Positions 1-11,766 of a DNA stretch of 64,000 nt are shown one piece after another. The notes below the pieces were generated by a model. That model searched no databases, was not told the DNA's origin, and saw nothing but the letters and a program-made list of their open reading frames with translations. This stretch comes from Toensbergia leucococca (lineage: Eukaryota). Positions within the stretch are counted from its first letter, which is position 1, and the number at the start of each line of letters is the position of its first letter. The position numbers and the translations under genes are program-made. Where the stretch lies: contig JALDZS010000006.1 of NCBI GenBank assembly GCA_022813965.1, forward strand, positions 1 through 64,000, written 5' to 3'.

Positions 1-447
1 AGGGTAGGGTGTTGATGAATAGAAGAATAGTGATCAAAAAGTGTGTTGTTGTTATGATTCTATTCAGGTACGTTGACTCAAAATTCCTACGTTGGCCATT
101 TGCAATACTTTAAAAATTGACCTCGTAGAATACCTTATTCGATTTGCCGAGTGCTAGAATGCTTGGCGGACCTGAGGAGCGTGCTCAGCAGCGTGCTCTC
201 TTATTCGTACCGCCTTTCATTTTCAACCATTCTTGTGCCCTGCGAATGTGGATAGACGGTATGGAAAAGCACCTCTTGTTTTACCTTTCCTCCACAAACA
301 ATTCTGTCATGGGATCATATCCTAGCTCCTGCTCGTGATTCCTTCCGTATGCCATTCATCTGGCCTTCATGACGTATGCCTGGCAACATACATATCGAGA
401 CTTCATTCTTCAATCCATCTCACTGACTTGCATCTTCATCTATCAAA

Positions 448-3400
448 ATGTCTCTTTCGCCTTGCTACTTTACCTGTACTTTGGACCATGCTGCCCATAT
501 CAATGCCAGGCGTCCTCATTCCTTCAAGACCATCAACGAATTTATTGACCTTCAAGCCTGGAAAATCCCTGAAAGCTATGCTGTAGCATTCCCACTGCCT
601 CTAGCCAATTCTGACGAAGATTTAATCTGGCATTATAAAGTCTTCAGTATCTTCCTCAGACAACCCTGTCACCACTCCATCATTTTGACCTTCTATAGCT
701 TTCCATGATCTGCAGCAAGGCTCAATATCCTACGGCCAAAGTCTGTCCAATTTACTACGCAGCCATACTGCTTTCAACCTGACACCGCCAAGGACCGTGG
801 CGCTACTCTGCCCAAGCTCCGTTGATTTTCTATTTGTATGGCTTGGCTTGATGAGATTGGGTTATTCTGTGCTCTTGATAGCGTATGTGCCCTAAGAGCT
901 GCAATGACATGATTAGACTGATCCGAAGGTCAAACCCCAGGCCACAATGTCATCCCTCTGCCATTTCTCATCTCTGCAAAACTTGTGATGTTTCAATATT
1001 ACTGTATGATGACATCCATAAGGCTTTAGCAGCCGCCTCTGCCAAAGTACTAAATTCCGAGCCTCCATTACAACTATTCAATCTACGTTGGATCAATGAC
1101 TCAAACACCACTTTCAGCACGGTTGAAACAGATATCCTGCCCTTCAAAACGTCAGAGGCCGATGTAGCTTACTTGAACCACACTTCCGGCACGTCTACGG
1201 GCCTACCGAAGCCAATAGCGCAAAGCCATCGCGCTGCTGTTGGAGTCCTCCCCTGTCTACCATATGGCCACGATGAAGCAACTTTCACGACGACACCACT
1301 TTATCATGGTGGGATAGCGGATTGCTTCCGCGCCTGGACAAGCGGTGCCTTGATCTGGCTCTTTCCGGGAATCGAAGTACCAATCACTGCTTCTAATGTC
1401 CTTAAATCTTTCAAATGTGCTCAGCAAGCTACAGAAAGTTCTCAATTACCTCCAATCAAATACTTCTCTTCGGTACCGTATGTCTTGCAGATGGTAGGGG
1501 AAGATGATGAGGGACTACAGTGGCTCAAGAGCATGGAAATCGTTGGCGTCGGTGGTGCTGCACTACCTCAGAGTGCTGGTGATGGTCTCGTCGAAAAAGG
1601 GGTCAATCTGATATCAAGATTCGGTAGTGCAGAATGTGGATTTTTGTTGTCATCGCATCGTGACTATACAACCGACAAGGAATGGCAATATTTGCGATCT
1701 CGTCATGGCTCTACAGCATTGAATTTCGAGCCTCGAGATGATGGATTAGCTGAGCTAATTGTTCTTTCGAGCTGGCCTCACTTGACCAAGAAAAATCGGG
1801 ATGACGGCTCGTTCGCAACATCGGATTTGTTTGTAGTCCATTCCACAATACCAGACGCATGGAAGTATCACTCGCGAGCTGACTCCCAACTAACATTGAT
1901 TACTGGAAAGAAATTTGATCCTGCTCCTCTGGAAGCTGCTATTGCGACATCACCGTTGCTGAAGGACGTACTGATATTTGGCAACAGTCGAAACTTCCCA
2001 GGTGCACTCCTTTTCCGATCACCATGTTCGGCGCGTATGTCAGATCAAGAGTTTCTAGATGAATTATGGCCCTCTATCAACAAGCTCAACAAGGATGGTC
2101 AAGGACATACTCGGCTGTCAAAATCGATGTTGATAGTCATGCCTGCTGGGGCACCGGAACTAGATAAGAGTAGCAAAGGTACAATACTACGAGGTAAGGC
2201 TGAGGAGAAGCATCAGATGCAGATCATGCGAGCTTACAATCCATCTACTGAAACGAGCTTGGATCAGAACCCGTTATCACACATCCTGGATGAGCAGGTA
2301 CCTGGGATTGTGCTAGGGATCATCAAAAAAGTGCTGAATTCGATTGATCCTATACTAGAAGATGTTGACCTATTTTCCCAAGGAGTGGACTCGGTCGCTT
2401 GCATGCAGGTTAGGGCAATGGTCCAGAAAGTAATTCGTCATTTTGTCTTTGCTGTATTTTCTGCTGATTCATCGTAGAATCTTCTCTCTTCCGACTCTCG
2501 GCTCCTGCCTTTGAATGTGGTATATGACTGTGGTACCATCAAGAGGTAGAACGAACGTGGCATTCCTGCGAAAGATTGGTACATAAGCTAATACCCAGTC
2601 AAGGCTTTCGAGGTACATTGTTACGTTTCGTAAGGGTCAAACCTTAGAAAAAGAAGATGAGATCCAGCTCATGCGCGATTTGATCGAAGAATACAGCTCT
2701 TTTGATGATGCTTCTCACCAACTTTTCGAAAATAGTGTCGATCGTGATAGAAATGATAATATTTCAGGCGGAGAAGTCGTGGTAGGACATCCAAGTAGTT
2801 CAGAGCTTTCCATGCTCTAACTTATCACAGATCCTCACTGGGGCCACAGGCGCTCTTGGAGCTCACGTTCTCGATCAGCTTCGCAATCTCCCTTCCACCT
2901 CTCAGATCATCTGCCTCGTCCGTGGTGCCTCCCACACCGCCGCCTACGCTCGAGTCTGCAAAAGCCTTTCCCAACGCCGAAAGCCACCTCTATGCCCTTC
3001 CTCTCAAAAAGTAGTCTGCATACCAGCTAAGCTCGGAGACCCTACCCTCGGTCTCTCTCCAGAGACGTACGCCTCAATCGCCAGCCGTGCAACCATAGTC
3101 ATCCACGCTGCCTGGGCCGTCAACTTCAGCATGCGCCTCCGCAGCTTCGCAAAAGATCACATCGCTGGCCTACGCAACCTTATCAGCCTAGCTCTACACT
3201 TCCGGAACGTCAACCCCCCGCGTTTCCTCTTCTGCTCCTCCACAGCCAGCGTTCTTGGCCCTAGCGCAACACCTCCTATACTGGAATCTGTCTCTCATGA
3301 TCCGAGTTCAGCATCTTCTCTGGGATACTCGCGCTCGAAATGGGTCGCCGAAGCCATTTGCGAGCAAGCATACTTGACGACGAGGATGAGGGGGAATATT

Positions 3401-3967
3401 GGTGTATTGAGGATCGGGCAACTATGCGGAGACACCCAGAATGGGATATGGAACATGACGGAAGCATGGCCGTTGATGCTATCAAGCGTAAAAGTAACAG
3501 GCGCTCTGCCAGCGCTAGAGAACCAACCCTTGGACTGGCTCCCGGTTGATCTCGCCGCCAAGGCCGTCCTCCAAATAGCTTCCTCCCCCTCGCCTATCAA
3601 AGAAGACACCCCAGTCTACCACCTCATCAACACTTCCCCCACGCCGACCTGGACTGATCTCCTTGACTGGCTCAAACCCCTAGCCCCGCCCTTTGAGATT
3701 GTCTCTCCAGCTCAATGGGTCTCCCAGGTCGAGGACCTTACCAATGAAGACGCCAAGCATCCGGCTAGGAAATTGCTGGGGTTATGGAAGAGTACTTATT
3801 GTGGCAAGGAGACTAGGAGGGAGGGGGTGGTGTTTGGAATGGAGGAGACGAGAGCGTGTGTGCCTGTTATGCGGGAGGTGGAGCCGATAAGGAAAGAGTT
3901 GGTGGAGAGGATTTGGGGATGGGTTGAGGGGGAGATGGTGGGGGTTGAGAGGGTGGAGAGTGGATGA
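448..3967 (+). CDS. NRPS-like adenylate-forming reductase (A-T-R; carboxylic acid reductase-like), about 6 exons
   Basis: A-domain P-loop YLNHTSGTSTGLPKPI, plus FGSAE and FATSDLF motifs. T-domain DLFSQGVDS with the Ser attachment site. R-domain ILTGATGALGAH (from ~2831) and GYSRSK. GT-AG introns at about 647-698, 883-940, 2430-2477, 2546-2603 and 2782-2830 join the ORF pieces in frame. Confidence 0.9.
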
Positions 3968-4089
3968 GTGTGGGGGTGAGGAGATGGGATTTTTGATTGT
4001 GCTGGGAAGGGTAGGGTGGGATTGAAAAGGTGGACTCTTTTGCGTTTTTGCTTTTGCAGGATTAGATTAGGAGACGACGAGGAATTGAA

Positions 4090-4860
4090 CTAGAAAAGAT
4101 AAGGAAATCTTCTACGCAATTCTTTTTGGTCTCCACCACCCTTTTCTCCCCTTATCCTCCATCCCTTCACCACTGCCACTATCACTTGACTACCTACCTT
4201 GGAAACCCTGTCCCCACCAACTCGGCCACTCTCTGCATCTCCAATTACCAACACTTCCCCCCCCCAACGCGAAGTGCGTGAACATGTGAAATCTAAATCC
4301 CAATAAACAGAACCAACCACCCTATTTCTACATCTACATCTATATCTCCATCGCCTTCCACATCAACCTCCCCCTTCACTTCCTCTGAACCAAGAGACAC
4401 GGGTTTCTGAAGCCGTGTTTCATTTTCGGGGGGTGGGGGGGGGGGATACTGAGGCAGGCGTGACAAATATTTTTTTTTTTGAGGTTTCGTTTGATGGGGG
4501 GAGGAGAGGGTTGCGATGTAGATAGAGATGGGAATGATTTGAGGTTGGGGGGGGAGGGGGGTTGTAACCAAGATTTTCCCACTCCTTTTTCTTTTTTCTT
4601 TTTCAAGTTTTGTTATTTCTTGTTTCTGGGTTGTTTTTTGATGAGGGCTTTGTTTTTCTTTTTGATGGGGGTTGAGTTGAGTAATTGCTTGGGTTTGATG
4701 TGTTTTTTTAAAGGGATATGAAGGTTGAGAAATGGGGATGATAGGGGTTTGCGAGAAAGAGAAGGGGATGTGATGAGGATGTGATATTGATGAGAGTGAT
4801 AACTTTTTTGAGTTCTTTCTTTCTTTCTTTCTTGATCATTCCCCTGTATTTTCATCATCT
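4090..4860. repeat. Low-complexity intergenic tract (C-rich half, then G/T-rich half; poly-G and poly-T runs)
   Basis: C/A-rich 4100-4400, then G runs and T11 near 4430-4480 and G/T-rich sequence to ~4830. The ORFs here translate as low-complexity artefacts. Confidence 0.75.
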
Positions 4861-5362
4861 AAATGAAAATGCTCTTTTCACAGACTATAATTTTTGATGA
4901 AAGTGATGAAGAGAGTGTGAATTCAAGTTGATCCCCGTGTTAGAATCTCAAATCCGCCATTCCCAACCCCCAAATCCAGCCTAGCGCCCAGCTGCAAGTT
5001 TGAGCTGCGCCAATTACGCAAACAACGCCACGCATCACCTGGCTCGATCGGCTCGATCCAGCCAGCCCCCCCTTCGATTCGTTGCATTCCTGTAAGACAC
5101 ACAGACCAAGATTCACGTATTCTAACTTGCTCCGCCTCCCTTGGCTCGCAGATCTACGGGATTAAATTCATCGTTTCTTGACAGACAGACAGACAGTCAG
5201 TCAGAACCTTTTTTCGATCAAACAACTACAAAATCCCGATCACCGACTCTAAAAGCTGCACCCTACATTTTCTGCTCCTCTCTCGATAATACTTGGTTGA
5301 GAATAACGCTCTTGGCTATCTGCAACCGCATCATCTACGATTTTCGAGATCTTTGAAGAAAC

Positions 5363-5885
5363 ATGTCGCAGACGACTCAACCCCAGCTTGCGCAGCAGAT
5401 GGTGGCGCCGGGACAGATGGAGGAGATTAGTATTCAGGACCAGCCTGTAAGTCTTATCTCTGTACACATTTGAGGAGATAGGAAGGGCCGAGGAGGGAAG
5501 AAATGTCGCTGAGTGTACGAGGATCGAAGAATACCTTTTGAGGCATGAATCGCAGTCTACTGGCCGTGTAAAGTCTTATTTAGAGTTTTCAGACTGGATC
5601 AATTTGATCATCGTGTCGTTAATACGTGGTCACAATGATGCTGACGTGGTGTGTGTCGAGACAGAAACCCAAGGCTCCCATGACAATGTCCCTGCGCGGT
5701 GGAGGAGAGGGTGAGGAAGTTTGCTGTGGATGGCAGGTCTCTTTCCTTTCCTTGATTTTGCTTCTGCTGGTGTTGGGGAACTGTGCTGATAGTACTATTT
5801 GTTCTACAGTTGTGCGGCTTGCTGTGCTTGTGAGGCCTTTGAGTGCTTCGAGTGCTGCAAGGGGCTATGTGGAGATGATAATTAG
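5363..5885 (+). CDS. Small spliced Gln/Pro-rich protein with a Cys-rich tail (CYSTM-like), 75 aa; missed by the ORF track
   Basis: Exons 5363-5446, 5665-5732, 5810-5885 give MSQTTQPQLAQQMVAPGQMEEISIQDQP-KPKAPMTMSLRGGGEGEEVCCGC-CAACCACEAFECFECCKGLCGDDN*. Intron 1 is GTAAGT..GCTGAC..CAG. Intron 2 is GCAGGT..GCTGAT..CAG. Confidence 0.75.
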
Positions 5886-6068
5886 ACAAGTAGCGAGGTC
5901 CTCCGGAGTGGAACGACAGAGATTGAAATTGCAATGAAGAGATTGTCACAAGGAGTGAGAGCGATTCATTTGGTGCTTTTGAGGGAGCGGGAGCTATGCG
6001 GACAAGCATAAGCCGGCTTGAGCTTTGCACCTTTGTCTACTATGCAAGTACGCATGATTATGATTTAG

Positions 6069-7656
6069 TCAATCAAGTGGGTTCTGCATCAGAAAAGAAT
6101 TTACAGCTTGTAGGGTTGAGCGTGAGGGGTTGGCGTCCGGGATGGATGTTGTAATCCACGCAAGTCGGCGCCGGACGTAGACTTTGCTAATGATTGAGCG
6201 GTCGATATGGGTTGTGAAGGCATCTAGAAGGGAGAAGTGGATTAGCTGGATTTACTAAAAGTGCAGACAGATCGCGTTGATAAGTGAGATGGGGCGTCTA
6301 CAATTATCGTCAAAGTAGAAGCATAGTATGCTAAGGGCAATTCCGACAGAGAGGTCTTTTCCTGTGGAACAGGTGACGAGCATCCTTGGACGTGGGACTC
6401 GTGCTGTAATGGAGGTGATGAATGCGTGGATTCGAGGTAGTTGTGTGCGAAGAGCTTTACTACCGAGCTTGCCAGTTCCGCATTGAAGACTCAGTACTTT
6501 CTTGACATGATCCGAATCCGCTGGATCTTGCCTGGAGACTGTATCACAACAAACAACTATACAATCAAAGTCATCAACTCCCCTATCTCGTACCATACCC
6601 GTCGTGCCAATGAAAACCGTCTCCGTCGGTCTCACGAGTAAAGCATCATTGCATCCGCCGCGGAAATTCCCCAGAATCACAAGATCCGGTATCAGAAGTC
6701 GTAGATCATCTTCGGTGGTGCTCATGAGTAAAGTCTTGTGCTGCCAGAAGATCGCGGGTGTGAGGCCTTGCGACCAGCCTTCGCTGTCGTCGCCAGCGCC
6801 TTGAATATACCCATCTTCGGATGCTTCTGTGCCTTCTACACGCCGGGACGATGTGCAGCATAGTATAGGATAGAACTCGTTAGATGTGAAGGGGGTTCGG
6901 ACTAGGGTAGAGTCTTGGGTGGTCCATATTGGACGGAGAGGCTTATTGAGTCTGGAACGTAGATTGGAGACGTCTAGCTTAAGATCCTTCAATCTCAATC
7001 AGCTTGTTCAGGGCTTCCTCGAGCGTTGAGTGTCCTCACCCGCGCATCTTCGAGAAAACGTTCGAGCCGAGTATCAATCTGCGAACGTTCTGAGTCTCCT
7101 ACACTGCCCTCTGGGATGTACAGGTCATGGGCAGAAGGTACATCTTCGAACAGGAGTCTGTTCATGATAGTACACCAGATTGGCACTGTCTTAGATAGAG
7201 CATCTGGCATTCGTTTTCCTCGTCTCGTAGAATCAACAATGATGCATCTACCTTCCCAAAACAGTCAATATTCCCCGGCGCAGATGTACGGAACATCATA
7301 GCATACCCCTTGTGTTCCTCAACGATATCTAGTAGTTGTAGGTTTAGCCTCCTCTTACTGAAGGCCCATTGCCCTTGATGTCCATCAGTGCTCTTGAAAT
7401 AAGCACTTCCAGCTTTATGTTCCGGCGAGATGTACCAGCTCCCGCACCTCTCGTTAGCTATGAGAGGTAAGTTACAGGCGCGTGCAAGCTGCTGGACAAA
7501 GATTGAATCTTGATGAATTGAATTGAGGCGGTTGGTGATGCAGAGTGTGCTCTTTTTGAGAGAGGTCAAAGTATGAGAAAAATTGTGAGAGGCAGAGGGG
7601 AAAATGAGGGTACTAATTGAGGTAGGTATCAGCGCAAGCTCATTCAGAGTTTCCAT
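6069..7656 (-). CDS. RIT1: Initiator tRNA A64 2'-O-ribosyl phosphate transferase, 4 exons
   Basis: Family motifs NRLNSI..DS.FV, LIANERCGSWY, SAYFKSTDGHQGQWAFS.RRLN, VDSTRRGKRMPDALSKTVPIWC, YIQGAGDDSEGW, C.TGKDLSVG and the C-terminal NPSRSTLQAVNSFLM. Introns at about 7306-7248, 7039-6995 and 6302-6225. Confidence 0.93.
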
Positions 7657-8114
7657 TCTAATATCAAGGTTGTAAGATGTTCAGAGGTCATGCCTTCATC
7701 ATGGATCTCGAAGCAACGATCAAGTTGGTGAAGAAAGTAAATATCTCACGATGCAATGCTACGGTGGCCGGCATAGGAACTGTTGAGGCGATACTTTTAC
7801 TGTGGGATACCGTACCTCGCACCTCCACACTCTCTCATTTGCTGGATGAAGGCTATCCGTACCTCAATATTTGACTCATTGATTTCAGTACAATCCTGCC
7901 AAGCGTGCACTACTATCACCATTCCTGATCAACCATCCATTCAAGTTTCACTGATCTCTCATCTACTTGACAAATATATACTAACGTTCGGGATAACCAC
8001 CAGAAAGACGAATCCAGCCCAGAGATCTGCAAATGTCCTATTCTCCTTTGAGATCTTCTTCCAACGCCTCATCCTTTTCTCGCTCCACGGCTTCATTCAT
8101 GATATCATCCCAAA

Positions 8115-10975
8115 TCATCGACTTGGCTGTCTCTCACGGGCAGCTGCGGCATCGGCAAATGCAGTCGCACTAATGTCCACTCTTGGGTCTTCTGCTCCCA
8201 TCCATACGTCTTGTCCCCTGATTGCTCTGATTACCTCTACCTCTTCTTGATTAACTACTTCATCGGTAGTCAAATAGCTCTCTTGGGAATTTTCAGAGGT
8301 GGCAGGCGCCCTTGCCATACTGAGTTCTTCCGCAGCATCGTCGTAAAGTCGCTGTCCATACGCAGCTTGAACTTGGCTCAGCGTTTCAGGTCCACGATCA
8401 GTGGAAGCAACGTTCAATAGTCGGGGATCAATGTAATCCGGAATCTCTGGGACATTAAGACGCTCGGCGGAACGCCAATTACGGATGCCACCGATCCACG
8501 GATGGAGAGCTATCAGATATGGAGCGGTACCATCCCGACCGGATGTGGGCCAAAACTCATTCAACTGGCTCTGAAGTCTTCCCCACTGAAAGCGGTAGTT
8601 TTTCCAAAATTCAACTGCTGGCTGCGCCGGCGGTAATTGACCTGTTACTTGTACAAAGTGGTCTCGGGAAGGCTGCATTGCCGCTTGTAAGTCATGTACT
8701 TCTTCCCATGTCAAAGGATTGGTCTCGGTTGCATCTTCCAGTCCTTGACGCTCTTCTTCGCCATCGATATCCCGTTCTTTGTCATGATTGCCATCATGAT
8801 CACTCCCTGAGCTCTCGTTTCCTCCGCGCATCGTTTCTTGGAAAGATCTTACCACTCCAGGATCTCGATGAACCCCTTCCACCCGAGCATCAACACTCTT
8901 ACGCTTTATCGGCTTCTTTTTCTCGTATGCTTGGCCGGATGCGTGTTCACTCTCTGCAGCCTTACTGCATGATGCGTCGTTGAGTCGGGCCTTCTTACGC
9001 TGTCGATTGGATTCAACTGCTCTGAGTCGTTTTTGAGTTTCTCCAATCTCGCATACCTAGAAATTCATACTGTCAGTCTCGAGAACCTCAGCTCAAGTAC
9101 AGGTTGCAGACCTTTTGATCATTTCCCGAGTCGTCCTGGCCAGACGCCTCTTCTGATCTACCGCCGATGCCAGTCACTTCGACATCCTCCGAATTTCGTG
9201 AGTCACATTGCTTGAGATCGAACTTGACCTTTGAGATTTCGTATTTCTTTTGAGCCATTGCTTGATTTTTCTTTCTCTGTTCTTCCGCTGACTTGCAATC
9301 CTTTCTCGAACGTTCAGGGAATTGTCCAACGTTTTTCAATTCCATCAGCTTGATCTCGTGATCAAAAAGATCTCGAAAGCCCTCTGTCGAATTGGCCTCC
9401 TTGCATTCTTTTGGAAGAAGGTCGTCGATGAACTTCTTTCTAATATCCCGGCCCGCCCGCTTTCCCCAGGCAATACAACATCCCTTCTCGCGAAATCGCC
9501 TCATTCGGCCCGACAGAACATTTACACTCCATACAGGAGTTTCGTTCCCGTTCTTCGAGATTGTTGGCGGCATCCGAGCGCGAAGATCTTTAAGAATAAT
9601 CGCACCATCAAGACGCACTATACCTTCCATGAGATATCCCTCCGCGTTCGATGACAGGGTGTCTGGAATGTCGGGGAATTTCTTGATCGCTTGATTTTCA
9701 AGATCTATCACGCGGCGCCCTTTGTGATACCATATTGGAGTCACATTATGAGAATTCACTCGCTCGTCTGGCTCCTCATAGATGAACAAAACATTCGGTC
9801 GATTGGATCTCTCGATACCCCAATCTTTCTGAGACTCAAGAAAGCTAGTGATATCAGTAGCGCCGTCGCCACTAGCCCGCGGGATATCTACTGCTGTTGG
9901 TAATTTTGGTTTGGGGTTGATTACTGGAAGAACTTACTATATCTGCCCTTTTTGGCTGCCTCGTTGATGAGCTCCTCCCTGATTAGACTGTGGTACACAG
10001 CGAGTTCTTTCACGGAGTCAGTCTTTTCACAATCATCTATTTACGTGCCAGGCATTCAAGCACTTACCCCAATTGTCATCTTCCGCCGCCCGATGGTACA
10101 TTCTGCCTTCATCGTCATATTTAATCCTACCATTGGTGCAGTCTAGTGGTTGCTCTTGTTCAATGGTATCGGTTTCTTCTCCGTCTGCTAAGCAGCTTCA
10201 GCAAGAGAGTCCGAGCATACTCAGCGACCACTCACAGTTGTATAGTTTTTCATCTATATCTTCATTTTCTCCCACAACTCTTGTTCTGTCGATCTCCCCA
10301 ATTTCTGATCTCGTTGCTTGATTTGACATCAAAGAAGTCATCTTCAATACTAAGTCAGGTTGAGTGATCAAGCGAACGAAAGTGATGATTGGTGAAGCTT
10401 GAGAAAGGAGCTCTTCATCAGCTTCGGAGCGATTCAGGAGAGGCGTCCAAGACTTCAAGAGGCTCTGACGCTATCGCCAGAATTAGCCTTGCTTGGACCT
10501 GACAGTGTCGTTAAGATATAAGATTGCTAGCGATAATTATGGATGGGTCACTGAGCCAGCTGATTCGTATAAAAAGCTGGCCTAAGTGTGATACCAAGTT
10601 TCTTGCTCCTTGAACCACCAACGGTACTCAAGGTGTGTTGTGGCTTATGTGGGACTCTGTTTGAGTGATGCCCTGGTAACGAACGCAATATTTCCTTTGG
10701 GGTGGAATGAATGGGTAGTATAGAGAGTAAGGAAGTGTATGAGCAGTCGGGGAAGAAGCATCAGCTAGGACTTGATAAGCTCGTGGTGGTGGTCTTGCGT
10801 TGAACGTGTTGATAACAGAGTTGAAGTCGGGATGAAAGAGATCTAGTGTTGTCACCTCCGTGTTGTGAATAGCTTCACATATCGAATTCACAAAGTGGAG
10901 CGAACCACAACCGAGACCTAGTCCTCGGTGTTGACGATCAGTTGAGGCTGAGCCATCAGCTGAAGTTGGGTCCAT
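8115..10975 (-). CDS. Uncharacterised multi-exon protein, paralog A of a tandem pair (5' exons above ~10470 uncertain)
   Basis: Exons ~10187-10068, 10006-9938, ~9893-9112 and ~9056-8115 splice in frame. Shares the core motifs AVYH, PIW..GR.V.D, EG.LMEGI.R, KD.RARMP, RFREK and NST with the 11767-14890 gene. ATG at 10975 (MDP...) lies ~65 nt downstream of a TATATATA element. Confidence 0.75.
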
Positions 10976-11040
10976 CTCCTTTTCTGAGTCAATACATTAT
11001 ACTGACTCCGGAAACAGCATTACACTATCTTGCGCTTTTG

Positions 11041-11050
11041 TATATATAAA
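11041..11050 (-). promoter_or_regulatory. TATA-like element upstream of paralog A
   Basis: TATATATA ~65 nt upstream of the ATG at 10975 on the minus strand. Confidence 0.35.
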
Positions 11051-11766
11051 GAGGGCTAAGTCAAAGCATGACACGCATGAGGATTAGGTGTGAGTGTAGA
11101 AAATAGTACTTTGTAAAGGATACGGTTACAATGCATATAAAAGGAGATAAGTTAAGTTTGCTAAGTCATTTGACTGATATATTTACAAACGCAGTGCGTT
11201 ACTGCTGATAAGAAGTATGTAATAGTGCGTAGCCATCTATGGCTGTCTGCGTGGTTGCTGGAGCTTTTGACCTGAATTTGTTACCAAAACTCCAACTCCA
11301 AACTCTTAAAATCCTCATGGAAAGTCTTCCTTCGCTCCTAGCGCGCCCTTCTTAGCGAGGAAAAAGTGACCGATGCGAGGTCAAGAAAAACTCTTAGAAG
11401 AAGCCGGAGATGTGGACAGAAACATAACGCCAGCTCATTGACTAGGGTATCTTTCTCACTCGTTACCAACTCCTGTATCCAATCGAGAGATGGACTGATG
11501 CGAGAACGAGTGATGTCTATCGAGGTGTCACCTGGGATCCAGCGATGGCGGATCGACCAAGTCTGAGAAAAGATATGTACCAAATGAAATCTGGGATCCA
11601 GCGATTGCGGATCAACCAGAAAGAAAATGTGAGTATGAGTTCACTCCAGAGCAGGGATGGGAATAAAGATTGTCAGGAGAAGCTGCTGACTAGGAAGGCC
11701 TTATCATCGTGGTAAGCTGTTGGGGAACCTAAATCTGAGTACTCAAACAGCTCGGGGCTATATCAT

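Noticed and set aside
1..12. AGGGTAGGGT resembling a telomeric repeat
   Set aside because: Only two imperfect units; fits the local G-rich skew, not a TTAGGG array.
8825..8840. MRGG in paralog A resembling the LRGG motif
   Set aside because: Single short match in a disordered region with no Cys tail; expected by chance.
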